A program made the position numbers and the translations under genes. The notes under the pieces were generated by a model. The model had not been told where the DNA came from, ran no database searches, and saw only the letters and a program-made list of their open reading frames with translations. Shown piece by piece: positions 10,481 to 21,729 of a stretch of DNA of 64,000 bases (within the stretch, counting starts at the first letter, position 1; the number at the start of each line of letters is the position of its first letter). This stretch comes from Ranitomeya imitator (Eukaryota): NCBI RefSeq assembly GCF_032444005.1, contig NC_091283.1, positions 664,082,001-664,146,000 on the forward strand. The letters run 5' to 3'.

Positions 10481-12552
10481 TGTATACTACGTCACTGGGC
10501 AATATACTCCGTGACTGGGCAATATACTATGTGACTGGGCAATGTACTACGTGACTGGGCAATATACTACGTGGCTCTGTGCTGTATACTACGTCGCTGT
10601 GCAATATACTATGTGACTGGGCAATATACTACGTGGCTGTGCAATATACTACGTAACTGGGCTGTATACTATGTGGCTGGGCAATATACTACGTGGCTGG
10701 GCAATATACTATGTGGCTCTGTGCTGTATACTACGTAACTAGGCAATATACTACGTGGCTGGGCAATATACTACGTGGCTGGGCAATATACTACGTGACT
10801 GGGCAATATACTACGTAACTGGGCAATATACTACGTAGCTGGGCAATATACTATGTGGCTGGGCAATATACTACGTGGCTCTGTGCTGTATACTACGTCG
10901 CTGTGCAATATACTACGTGGCTCTGTGCTGTATACTACGTAACTAGGCAATATACTACGTGGCTGGGCAATATACTACGTGACTGGGCAATATACTATGT
11001 GGCTGGGCAATTTACTACGTGACTGGGCAATATACTATGTAACTGGGCAATATACTACGTGGCTGAGCAATATACTACGTGGCTGGGCAATATACTACGA
11101 GGCTCTGTGCTGTATAATACGTAACTAGGCAATATACTATGTGGCTGGGCAATATACTATGTGGCTGGGCAATATACTACGTGGCTGGGCTATATACTAT
11201 GTCACTGGGCAATATACTACGTCGCTGGGCTATATACTATGTCGCTGGGCAATATACTATGTCGCTGGGCAATATACTACGTGGCTGGGCAATATACTAC
11301 GTGGCTGGACAATATACTACGTGACTGGGCAATATACTACGTGGCTGGGCAATTTACTACGTAACTGGGCAATATACTACGTAACTGGGCAATATACTAC
11401 GTGGCTGGGCAATATACTACGTGGCTGGGCAATATACTACGTGGCTCTGTGCTGTATACTATGTGACTGGGCAATATACTATGTGGCTGGGCAATTTACT
11501 ACGTAACTGGGCAATATACTACGTAACTGGGCAATATACTACGTGGCTGGGCAATATACTACGTGACTGGGCAATATACTACGTGGCTGGGCAATTTACT
11601 ACGTAACTGGGCAATATACTACGTAACTGGGCAATATACTACGTCGCTGGGCAATATACTACGTGACTGGGTAATATACTACGTGGCTCTGTGCTGTAAA
11701 CTACGTCGCCGTGCAATATACTACGTGGCTCTGTGCTGTATACTACGTCGCTGTGCAATATACTACGTCGCTGTGCAATATACTACGTGGCTCTGTGCTG
11801 TATACTACGTGGGCTGGGCAATATACTACGTGGCTGGACAATATACGTGGATGGGCAATATACTACGTGGCTTGGCTATATACTACGTCACTGGGCAATA
11901 TACTACGTCGCTGGGCAATATACTACATGGCTGGGCAATATACTACGTGGCTGGGCAATATACTACGTGGCTGGGCAATATACTACGTGGCTGGGCAATT
12001 TACTACGTAACTGGGCAATATACTACATAACTGGGCAATATACTACGTAACTGGGCAATATACTACGTGGCTGGGCAATATACTACGTGGCTGGGCAATA
12101 TACTACGTGGCTCTGTGCTGTATACTATGTGACTGGGCAATATACTATGTGGCTGGGCAATATACTACATGCCTGGCCAATATACTACGTCGCTGGGCAA
12201 TATACTACGTGGGCTGGGCAATATACTACGTCGCTGGGCAATATACTACGTGACTGGGCAATATACTATGTCGCTGGGCAATATACTATGTCGCTGGGCT
12301 ATATACTATGTCGCTGGGCAATATACTACGTCGCTGGGCAATATACTACGTGGCTGGGCAATATACTATGTGGCTGGGCAATATATTAAGTGGGCTGGGC
12401 AATATACTACGTCGCTGGGCAGTATATTACGTGACTGGGCAATATACTACGTGACTGGGCAATATACTACGTCGCTGGGCAATATACTACATCGCTGGGC
12501 AATATACTATGTCGCTGGGCAATATACTACGTCGCTGGGCAATATATTACAT
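10481..12552. repeat. 20-bp minisatellite, about 100 units, inside the Helitron
   Basis: Consensus GGGCAATATACTACGTGGCT, with interspersed GTGCTGTATACTACGT variants. Confidence 0.97.
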
Positions 12553-12707
12553 GGACATGCATATTCTAGAATACCCGATGCGTTAGAATCGGGCCACCAT
12601 CTAGTTTATAATAAACATCTCTATTTACTCGGTGCGTTCCGCTAGCCCTAACACTGAATGAACATCCTCCAAGGCCGGTGATTCCATAATTTTTGCCAGG
12701 GGTTGTA

Positions 12708-12972
12708 CTAGAGAAGAGAGCGAGGATTCAAAACGATATAAATAAACTGGAGCAGTGGGCAGCAACTAACAGAATGGTTTTTAACAGGGAAAAATGCAAA
12801 GTACTACATTTGGGCAATAAAAATCTAAAAGCATATACAGAATGGGAGGAATAGGGCTAAGCAACAGCACATGTTAAAAAGACTTGGGAATACTAATAGA
12901 TCATAAACTGAACATGAGTCAACAGTGTGATGCCACAGCAAAAAAAGGCAAATGAAATTCTGGGATGTATTA
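12708..12972 (+). mobile_element. CR1 LINE fragment 2
   Basis: Continues fragment 1: RIQNDINKLEQWAATNRMVFNREKCKVLHLG...KDLGILIDHKLNMSQQC...ANEILGCI (frameshifted). Confidence 0.92.
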
Positions 12973-15003
12973 GGCCGGCGTCACACTAGCGAGTTTTACG
13001 GACGTATGAGCGCATAAAATACGTCCGTAAAACACGCATTACACACAGCCCAATTATTCTCTATGCCCCTGCTCCTATCTGCCGTATTTTACTGATCTGT
13101 ATTATACGGCTTTCTACGGCCGTAGAAAATCGCAGCATGCTGCGTTTGTCACCGTATTGCGCAAAAAAATCGCCAATGAAAGTCTATGGAAGCCAGAAAA
13201 ATACGGATTACACACGGACCAGCAGTGTGACTTGCGAGAAATACGCAGTGGTGTTAGAGAGAAAAGCCGGCAATTCAGTGCGGTGTACAGTAAAATCACA
13301 CTGACAGCTTACAATAGAATAGGTAGAATAAATGTGTACACATAGAATAGGTATATATATATATACTAGATTGTGGCCCGATTCTAACGCATCGGGTATT
13401 CTAGAATATGCATGTCCCCGTAGTATATGGACAATGATGATTCCAGAATTCGCGGCAGACTGTGCCCGTCGCTGATTGGTCGAGGCAACCTTTATGACAT
13501 CATCGTCGCCATAGCAACCATTATGACATCTACGTCGATACTGTGCCCGTAGCTGAATCAGAAACGCGGGATTTCTACGTCCTTTATGACATCATCGTCA
13601 CTGTGCCCGTCGCTGATTGGTCGAGGCCTGGCAGCCTCGACCAATCAGACGCGGGATGTCTACGTCCTTTATGACATCATTGTCACTGTGCCCGTCCCTG
13701 ATTGGTCGAGGCCTGGCGGCCCATTGACCAATCAGAGACGCGGGATTTCCTGGACAGACAGACAGACAGACAGACGGAAAAACCCTTAGACAATTATATA
13801 TATAGATGTCAGTGAGACACATATATGTACTGTATATATATTATTTCATACAGCGCTAGATAGCTTTAAAGCCGGTAATTCAATTGCCGGCTTTTGCTAT
13901 CTCCTTCCTAAACCCGACATGATATGAGACATGGTTTACATACAGTAAACCATCTCATATCCCCATTTTTTTTGCATATTCCACACTACTAATGTTAGTA
14001 GTGCGTATATGCAAAATTTGGCCGTTCTAGCTATTAAATTAAAGGGTTAAATGGCGGAAAAAATTGGCGTGGAGATTGTCCATGGTTATTGCCCCCCCAT
14101 CCCCCCCCAGGCTAAAAACATCTGCCCCCAGCCACCCCAGAAAAGGCACATCTGGAAGATGCGCCTATTCTGGCACTTGGCCACTCTCTTCCCATTCCCG
14201 TGTAGCGGTGGGATATGGGATAATGAAGGGTTAATGCCACCTTGCCATTGTAAGGTGACATTAAGCCAAATTAATAATGGAGAGGCGTCAATTCTGACAC
14301 CTATCCATTATTAATCCAATAGTAGTAAAGGGTTAAAAAACAAACAAACACATTATTAAAAAGTATTTTAATGAAATAAACACAAAGGTTGTTGTAATAT
14401 TTTATTCTAAGCTCAATCCATCTGAAGACCCTCGCTCTATAACAAAGAAAAAATAATAAACCAACAATATACATACCTTCCGAAGATCTGTAACGTCCCA
14501 TGATGTAAATCCATCTGAAGGGGTTAAAATATTTTACAGCCAGGAGCTCTGCTGATGCAGCGGTGCTCGTGGCTGCAAAACCCCAGCGAATGAATGGAAA
14601 CTAGGTCAATGACCTATATTTACCTTCATTCGCAGTGAGGCGCCCTCTGCTGGTTTTTACTACTTTACTACTATTGGATTAATAATGGATAGGTGTCAGA
14701 ATTGACGCCTCTCCATTATTAATTTGGCTTAATGTCACCTTCCAATGGCAAGGTGGCATTAACCCTTCATTACCCCATATCCCACCGCTACACGGGAATG
14801 GGAAGAGAGTGGCCAAGTGCCAGAATAGGCGCATCTTCCAGATGTGCCTTTTCTGGGGTGGCTGGGGGTAGATGTTTTTAGCCTGGGGGGGGCAATAACC
14901 ATGGACCCTCTCCAGGCTATTAATATCTCAGTCACTGGCTTTACTACTCTGGCAGAGAAAATTGCGCGGGAGCCCACGCCAATTTTTTCTGCCATTTAAC
15001 CCT
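12973..15003. mobile_element. Harbinger-type non-autonomous element, right end lost
   Basis: TTA|GGCCGGCGTCACAC left terminus like the MITE at 17350; internal inverted repeat 14042-14331 vs about 14664-15003; no matching right terminus. Confidence 0.7.
13366..13806 (-). mobile_element. Short Helitron-like element, same family as 9860-12604
   Basis: Minus strand A|TCTATATATATAATTGTCTAAGGG ... CCCGATGCGTTAGAATCGGGCCACAATCTAG|T; termini match the larger copy. Confidence 0.85.
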
Positions 15004-15428
15004 GCCAGAATGGTGACAGGTCTGCAAACCATGTCCTATGAGGAACGTTTACAGGATTTAGAAATGTTTAGCTTGCAAAAAAGAAGACTGACAGAAGACT
15101 TAATAGCTGTCTACAAATATCTCAAGGGCTGTCACATTGTAGAAGGATCATCTTTAGTCTCATTTGCACAAAGAAAGACTAGAAGCAATGGGATAAAACT
15201 GAATGGGAGGAGACACAGATTAGATATTAGAATTTTTTGTTCACAGTTAGGGTGATCAATAAGTGGAACAGGCTGCCACGAGAGGTGGTGAGTTCTACTT
15301 CTATGGAAATCTTCAAAAAGGGGCTGGACAGACATCGGTCTGGGATGATTTAGTGAATCCTGCTTTGAGCAGAGGGTTGGACCAGATGACCCAGGAGGTC
15401 CCTTCCAACTCTACCATTCTATGATTCT
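15004..15428 (+). mobile_element. CR1 LINE fragment 3 (3' end)
   Basis: RMVTGLQTMSYEERLQDLEMFSLQKRRL...YKYLKG; CR1-type 3' UTR ending GGTCCCTTCCAACTCTACCATTCTATGATTCT. Confidence 0.92.
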
Positions 15429-15554
15429 GGTTCTGTCTGTTTCCTATATGCTCCACTTTTCCTAGGTGACTACACTGTGTATACACAATGTCTCCTTCCC
15501 TCTCAGTGCTAAAGACCCAGTCATGTGGTCTAACCATGTGACCTTATGGACATA

Positions 15555-15745
15555 CAGTGCCTTATGAAAGTATTCAGCCCCCTGGAACTTTTCAACTTTT
15601 TCCCACATATCATGCTTCAAACATAAAGATACCAAATGTAATTTTTTAATGAAGAATCAACAAGTGGAACACAAGTGTGAAGTTGAACGAAATTTATTGG
15701 TTATTTAAAATTTTTGTGGAAATTCAAAAACTGAAAAGTGGGGCG
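15555..15745 (+). mobile_element. Tc1-like left TIR fragment
   Basis: TA|CAGTGCCTTATGAAAGTATTCAGCCCCC; homologous to 33735-33995. Confidence 0.8.
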
Positions 15746-17349
15746 ATGATTAATTCAAATTTATTCCAGCCTATTGGTTTGGCCTCCACAGCAGTCATGG
15801 TCTCTCATTTGGCCCCTTGGGAAAATGAATCTCTTACCCTGCTATATTATGTATAGTGTTGTTCATAAGGGAAAAATTTTTCGCTATTCTTGTCATTTTC
15901 CATCTACTACTGTGTGTTACTCACATGACCAATCACATGATCTATCAAAGGGGATCATGGAGACATGTCACATGATACATCAGGTACCTGGGGAGGAGTC
16001 ACGCCTTCTAAACTGCCCAGGGCCCTGGCTATCTTAATCCGCACCTGGATATGACCACCAGGAATTGTGGAGCCATTCACGGGGATTAGATTCAGAAACT
16101 TCCACAAACAACAGAAGGAAACTTTCAGCCTTTCTGGATAGTGATGGGTCAATACATTTCTTTGCAGCTCTGGAATCAGTAAAGGCATGTCCCATAAACA
16201 TAGATAGACTCAGTGGAATTAAAAATAATGGACGTCGCACAAGAAGCTTGTCTTTAGTGAAGGATAGGGGCTAAAACATAGTTCTCAATATTGTGTCATT
16301 TATTAAGCGGTGTGCTGTTCTTTACTTACAATGAAGGTTTAATCACTAGGACAATATCATTGCTGGGACTGGCTGCCTACTGCCAAGTCATACAACCACA
16401 CCCCCTCCTGTGATAAGCAGCTCACTGTAAATAGACAATGTACATAGAGAAACTGGTGTGGTTGGGGCAGCTTTTCAGCTCTGTTACATGATACATCTAC
16501 ACATTCTGATTGTGTCACAACTGTTGCACTCAGTAAACTAAGTGATATATTTCTAGAATCAGGATCTCTTTTCCTACATTATGCTGCTGTCAGATTAGGG
16601 TGCAGTTTACAGAGCAAGAGGATCAGAGCGATTGAATTTTATATATTTAATCCGGAAAAGCAGACAGTGTTTATAAAAAAAAATATACAAAGACGATACA
16701 AAATGGGACAAAATAATATGGTATATGCAATTACATAACATAAAAGGGATAACAAAAGAAAATGACTACACCTGATGCCACAGAAATAGCTCAGAGCTTA
16801 GTGGAGTGAGGCACTCCTTAGGAAAATAGACAGAACCCACAGTAAGCTGTGCCATTTAGGACTGACCAATGACAGAAATCAAAACTATGGTTTTCATTAG
16901 GTCAAGGTTCCACCCACATACCTCTCCTTGGTGAGCTCATGTGGGGGCTGGTTGCGGGATGTGCTTTGTCTGTTAGAATTTTTATGAGTTCCCCAACTTG
17001 CAGGGTACCTTTGCTCCTGGTAGTATATATTGTCGTCATTTTTCTTATTGCGATTTTACCAGTTTATAAAGGTGAAACATGGCATAGATAGCGCCATGCA
17101 TTGGACCAATAGTAAGTTAGAGGGGTTCTGCTTGCTTTACGGTGATGTGAGTGAATGCGTTATGTTCGTCCCTTTGCTACAAAGATGAAAAGAAAATGTG
17201 TCTCCCATAAGTATCGTATCAAAGAAAAACCCCAATATTCATCACTGACCACTGGCTCCAAAAAGTCTCAGATCCGTGCTTTGTTCAGAAGAAGCTCTAT
17301 GCCTCGTAAGTGTACATCCCAGCCTCTGCATAAACGTATCCCAGTATTA

Positions 17350-17800
17350 GGCCGGAGTCACACTAGTCTGTAATATGGATGAGTGCTATGCGATAAAAAA
17401 TCGCATAGAACTCGGACCAATGTTAATCTATGGGGCAGCTCCTATTATCCGTTGTTTTCTTGTTTGTATTACGCATGCAAGTGAAATCGCAGAATGCTGC
17501 GATTGTCCGCGTATCTCAGCTGAGAAACGCCAATGCAAGTCTATAACTGCGAGAAAAAATAGCACAGCACAGGGGGTGACTTGCGAGAAATTCTCAGGCA
17601 TTGGGCAGGTGACAGGAAAGGCTCAGCCATTATTTGCTCATTTTGCAAGTGTGTGAGAAAATCTCACCATACGGATGAGAAAAAAATGCATCCTGGCATT
17701 GCACATGGATGAGATACGGATCACCATACGGAGAACATTTGTGCGATTCTCAGCAGACATAATCAGACAGATGTTTTATACATTGTGTGTGACCCCGGCC
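17350..17800. mobile_element. PIF/Harbinger-type MITE
   Basis: TIRs GGCCGGAGTCACAC / GTGTGACCCCGGCC; TTA duplicated on both sides. Confidence 0.85.
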
Positions 17801-18304
17801 TTAGTGTTTGGCTTTCAGAGCAGATTCTGCTGTAATTACCTGGTTACTGCAGGAGGTCCCTACTTGAATGGAGGTTGAGGTGTTAGTTCTTTATCACTAC
17901 CCCAGTTATAATTAGTTTCTCTCTTCCGCAGCTATCATTAATCCCATATGTTCAGTGGGAGGGCAATATGTCCCCTCTGTGGAGATGGCTTATGGGTTTT
18001 ATTTTTTCTCTATGGCAGGTACTCTTTAACAGTGCAGTCCACCAGTTTAAGAAACACTGATCTAAAAGGTTTTGATTTTTATACTGAATGTATCAATATT
18101 CAATATTTTGTAGAGTTAGTAAAAACATTTCCTCTTTAACCACTTAGCTCAAATGTACATGTGTGTTCCTCCACACACGTTAGTTGCCTGCTATGTAACA
18201 TACTGTAGCCAGCATGTGTCTCTTACAGCAGCAGCCAGAGCTGAGCTCCGATCGTTGCTGTTAACTATTTAGATTCTATTCTCAATCTCTAATAGCGGCA
18301 TTAA

Positions 18305-18708
18305 GGCTATGTGCACACGTTCAGGAATTCATGCAGAAAATTCCTGTGAAAAACCGGACATTTTCTGCATGAAATCCGCAAGAAAACCGCATGCGTTTTT
18401 TGCCGCGGTTTTGACGCGTTTTTGCCACGGTTTTGCCGCGTTTTTGCCGCGGTTTTTTCCGGACACTTCCCAATGCATTTTGGAGTGGGAAATCCGCAGA
18501 AAAACCGCAAAAAGATAGAGCATGTCCGGATTTTGTGCCTGATGCGTTTTTTTTGCGGAAAAAAACGCATCATGTGCACAAAACATGCGGAATTCATTCT
18601 AAATGATGGGATGCTTATTGTATGCGGTTTTTTTTGTGGTTTTATAGCGTTTTTATAGGGAAAAACCGCGAAAAAAACGCGAAAAAACCGGAACGTGTGA
18701 ACACAGCC
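18305..18708. mobile_element. PIF/Harbinger-type MITE
   Basis: GGCTATGTGCACACGTTC ... GAACGTGTGAACACAGCC; internally palindromic; left flank TAA. Confidence 0.8.
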
Positions 18709-18712
18709 TCAA

Positions 18713-19194
18713 AGGGAACCTGTCACCCCCAAAATCGATGGTGAGGTAAGCTCACTGTCATCAGGAGCTTATCTAAAGCATTCTGGAATGCTGTAGATAA
18801 GCCCCCGATGTTACCTGAAAGAGGAGAAAAAGAGGTACTGCAAAGTACTGCAGTGCGCAGGTGCCAGGAAAGGTCAGAGAGGCCCGGTGTCTGCACACTG
18901 CAGTACTTTGCTCTGCCCTCAAAAGGGCAGACAAAGTACGCCTGCGCAGGAGCCGCAACAGGAAGCAAAGAAGAGGACATCATGGAATGAAAATGGGAGG
19001 CGCCGGAGCGGACCTGAGACACCCATCGGACGCGGACCGTGGCGAGACCGCCCCTGGGTGAGTATAATCTAACCTCTTTTTCTCCTCTTTCAGGTAACAT
19101 CGGGGCTTATCTACAGCATTACGGAATGCTGTAAATAAGCCCCTGATGATGGTGGGCTTACCTCATCATCAATTTTGGGGGTGACAGATTCCCT
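18713..19194. mobile_element. T2/Kolobok-type MITE
   Basis: AGGGAACCTGTCACCCCC ... GGGGGTGACAGATTCCCT|TTAA; long TIRs; left TSD degenerate (TCAA). Confidence 0.8.
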
Positions 19195-19433
19195 TTAAAT
19201 GTAGCAGCTCCCATCACTGCCATCTTTGCACTCCTTTGAAGTTCATTCACACAAGATTGCAGTCTTCACTACTATACACTGTAAAACTGTGGTATTGCAT
19301 TATGTAGTATAAGCAATCGGACAAGCGCAGGCTCAAGTTCCCTATGGGGCTAAGAAATAAAGTAAAACATTTACAAAAAGGTTTTGAATAAATAAATAAA
19401 CATATATTTATATATATACAATATATATATATA

Positions 19434-21729
19434 CTAGCTAAAGAGCCCGGCGTTGCCTGGACATAGTAAATATCTGTGGTTAGTTATAGCACCTCACTTC
19501 TCTTATTTTCTCATCATGCTTCTCATTTTCTCCCTTACACCTCTCATTTTCTCCCTTACACCTCTCATTTTCCCCCTCCCTCCTCTTATTTTCCCCCTCA
19601 CTCCTCTCATTCCCCCCTAACACTTGTCATTTCGACCTCACATCTGTCATTTTCCGATCACTCCACTATTTTCCCTCACTCCTCTCATTTTGCACTCACA
19701 CCTTTTCATTTTCACCTCACACCCCTCATTTTCACCTCAGTATATACCTGTTTGTCATCTCCCTTATATATAGTATACACCTGTATGTCTTCTCTTGTGT
19801 ATAGTATATACCTGTATGTCATCTCCCCTGTAAATAGTATATACCTGCTGTATGTCATCTTCTCCTGTATATTGTATATACCCATGTGTCATCTCCTCCT
19901 GTATATATTATATACCTGTATGTCATCTCTTCTGTATATACTATATACCTGTATGTCATCTCCTCCTATATATAATATATACCTGTATGTCATCTCCTGT
20001 ATATAGTAAATACCTGTATGTCATCTCCCCTGTATATAGTATATACTTGCTGTATGTCATCTCCTCCTCTATATACCTATGTGTCATCTCCTGTTTTATA
20101 TAGTATATACCTGTATGTCATCTCCTCCTGTATATAGTATATACCTGTGTGTCATCTCCTCCTGTATATAGTATATACCTGTGTGTCATCTCCTCCTGTA
20201 TATAGTATATACCTGTGTGTCATCTCCTCCTGTATATAGTATATACCTGTATGTCATCTGCTCCTGTATATAGTATATGCCTGTGTGTCATCTCCTCCTG
20301 TATATAGTATATACCTGTATGTCATCTCCTCCTGTATATAGTATATATCTGTGTGTCATCTCCTCCTGTATATAGTATATATGTGTGTCATCTCCTGTAT
20401 TAGACTGTGTTCACACGTTATTTGGTCAGTATTTTTACCTCAGTATTTGTAAGCTAAATTGGCAGCCTGATAAATCCCCAGCCAACAGGAAGCCCTCCCC
20501 CCGGGAGTATATATTAGCTCACACATACATATAATAGACAGGTCATGTGACTGACACTTGCCGTATATCCTATATGGTACATTTGTTGCTCTTGTAGTTT
20601 GTCTGCTTATTAATCAGATTTTTATTTTTGAAGGATAATACCAGACTTGTGTGTGTTTTAGGGCGAGTTTCATGTGTCAAGTTGTGTGTGTTGAGTTGCA
20701 TGTGGCGACATGCATGTAGCGACTTTTGTGAGATGAGTTTTGTGTGGTGACATGCGTGTAGCAACTTTTTGTGTGTCGAGTTGCATGCAACAGGTTAGTG
20801 TAGCAAGTTGTGTGCAGCAAGTTTTGCGCATGGCGAGTTTTGCGCGTGGCGAGTTTTATATGTGGTGCGTTTTGAGTATGTGCAAGTTTTGTGTGAGGCA
20901 ACTTTTGCATGTGTTGCAACATTTGTGCATGTGGCAATTTTTCTGCGTGTGCAAGTTTTGCGTGTGGCGAGTTTTCCATGAGGTGAGTTTTGCACGTGTG
21001 GTGAGTTTTGCGTGAGCCTAGTTTTGCATGTGGCGAGTTTTGCGCGTGGTGAGTTTTGAGCGGCGACTTTTGTGTTTCGACTTTTATGTGGCGAGGTTGG
21101 TGTGGTTGGTGTATGTGTGGTGAAATGTGTGCTGAGGGTGGTATATGTGTTCAAGTACGTGGTAGTGTGTGGCGCCTTTTTTGTGTGTGTTCAGATCCCC
21201 GTGTGTGGTGAGTATCCCATGTCGGGGCCCCACCTTAGCAACTGTACGGTATATACTCTTTGGCGCCATCGCTCTCACTCTTTAAGTCCCCCTTGTTCAC
21301 ATCTGGCAGCTGTCAATTTGCCTTCAACACTTTTCCTTTCACTTTTTCCCCATTATGTAGATAGGGGCAAAATTGTTTGGTGAATTGGAAAGCACGGGGT
21401 TAAAATTTCACCTCACAACGTAGCCTATGACGCTCTCAGGGTCCAGACGTGCGACTGTGCAAAATTTTGTGGCTGTAGCTGCGACGCCTCCAACACTTTT
21501 CCTTTCACTTTTTCCCCATTATGTAGATAGGGGCAAAATTGTTTGGTGAATTGGAAAGCACGGGGTTAAAATTTCACCTCACAACATAGCCTATGACGCT
21601 CTCAGGGTCCAGACATGTGACTGTGCAAAATTTTGTGGCTGTAGCTGCGACGGTGCAGATGCCAATCCCGGACATACACACATACATACATACACACACA
21701 CATACACACATTCAGCTTTATATATTAGA
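19434..21729 (-). mobile_element. Helitron-like element of a second family with internal minisatellites
   Basis: Minus strand A|TCTAATATATAAAGC ... CCAGGCAACGCCGGGCTCTTTAGCTAG|T. Contains a roughly 32-34 bp TATACCTGTATGTCATCTCCTCCTG array (about 19740-20400) and GCGAGTTTTGC repeats. Confidence 0.8.

Larger units (their letters stand above)
9860..12604 (+). mobile_element. Non-autonomous Helitron-like element
   Basis: 5' TC and 3' CTAG termini; GC hairpin CCCGAT-GCGTTAGA-ATCGGG just before CTAG; inserted between A and T with no TSD; host LTR resumes on both sides. Confidence 0.85.
8250..12653 (+). mobile_element. Solo LTR (family B) inserted in the Tc1 right TIR, itself carrying two insertions
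   Basis: TG...CA ends; 5-bp TSD CTGAA (8245-8249, 12654-12658). Reverse-complement homolog of 23836-24798. Orientation is inferred from TATA-like CTATATAAG and a terminal AATAAA. Confidence 0.88.
6611..12705 (+). mobile_element. Tc1/mariner DNA transposon with about 255-bp IR/DR-type TIRs, expanded by nested insertions
   Basis: TA|CAACCCCTGGCAAAAATTATG ... CATAATTTTTGCCAGGGGTTG|TA. The TA duplication is at 6609-6610 and 12706-12707. The right TIR is split at 8249/12654. Confidence 0.95.

Noticed and set aside
10481-12645. Many 60-160 aa ORFs (WAIYYV, LGNIL repeats) and a CRISPR-like appearance
   Set aside because: These are translations of a 20-bp minisatellite; there are no unique spacers and no cas genes.
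16850-17960. Possible old L1 3' end split by the MITE at 17350
   Set aside because: Only a weak FWSQW-like motif on the minus strand; too degenerate to call.
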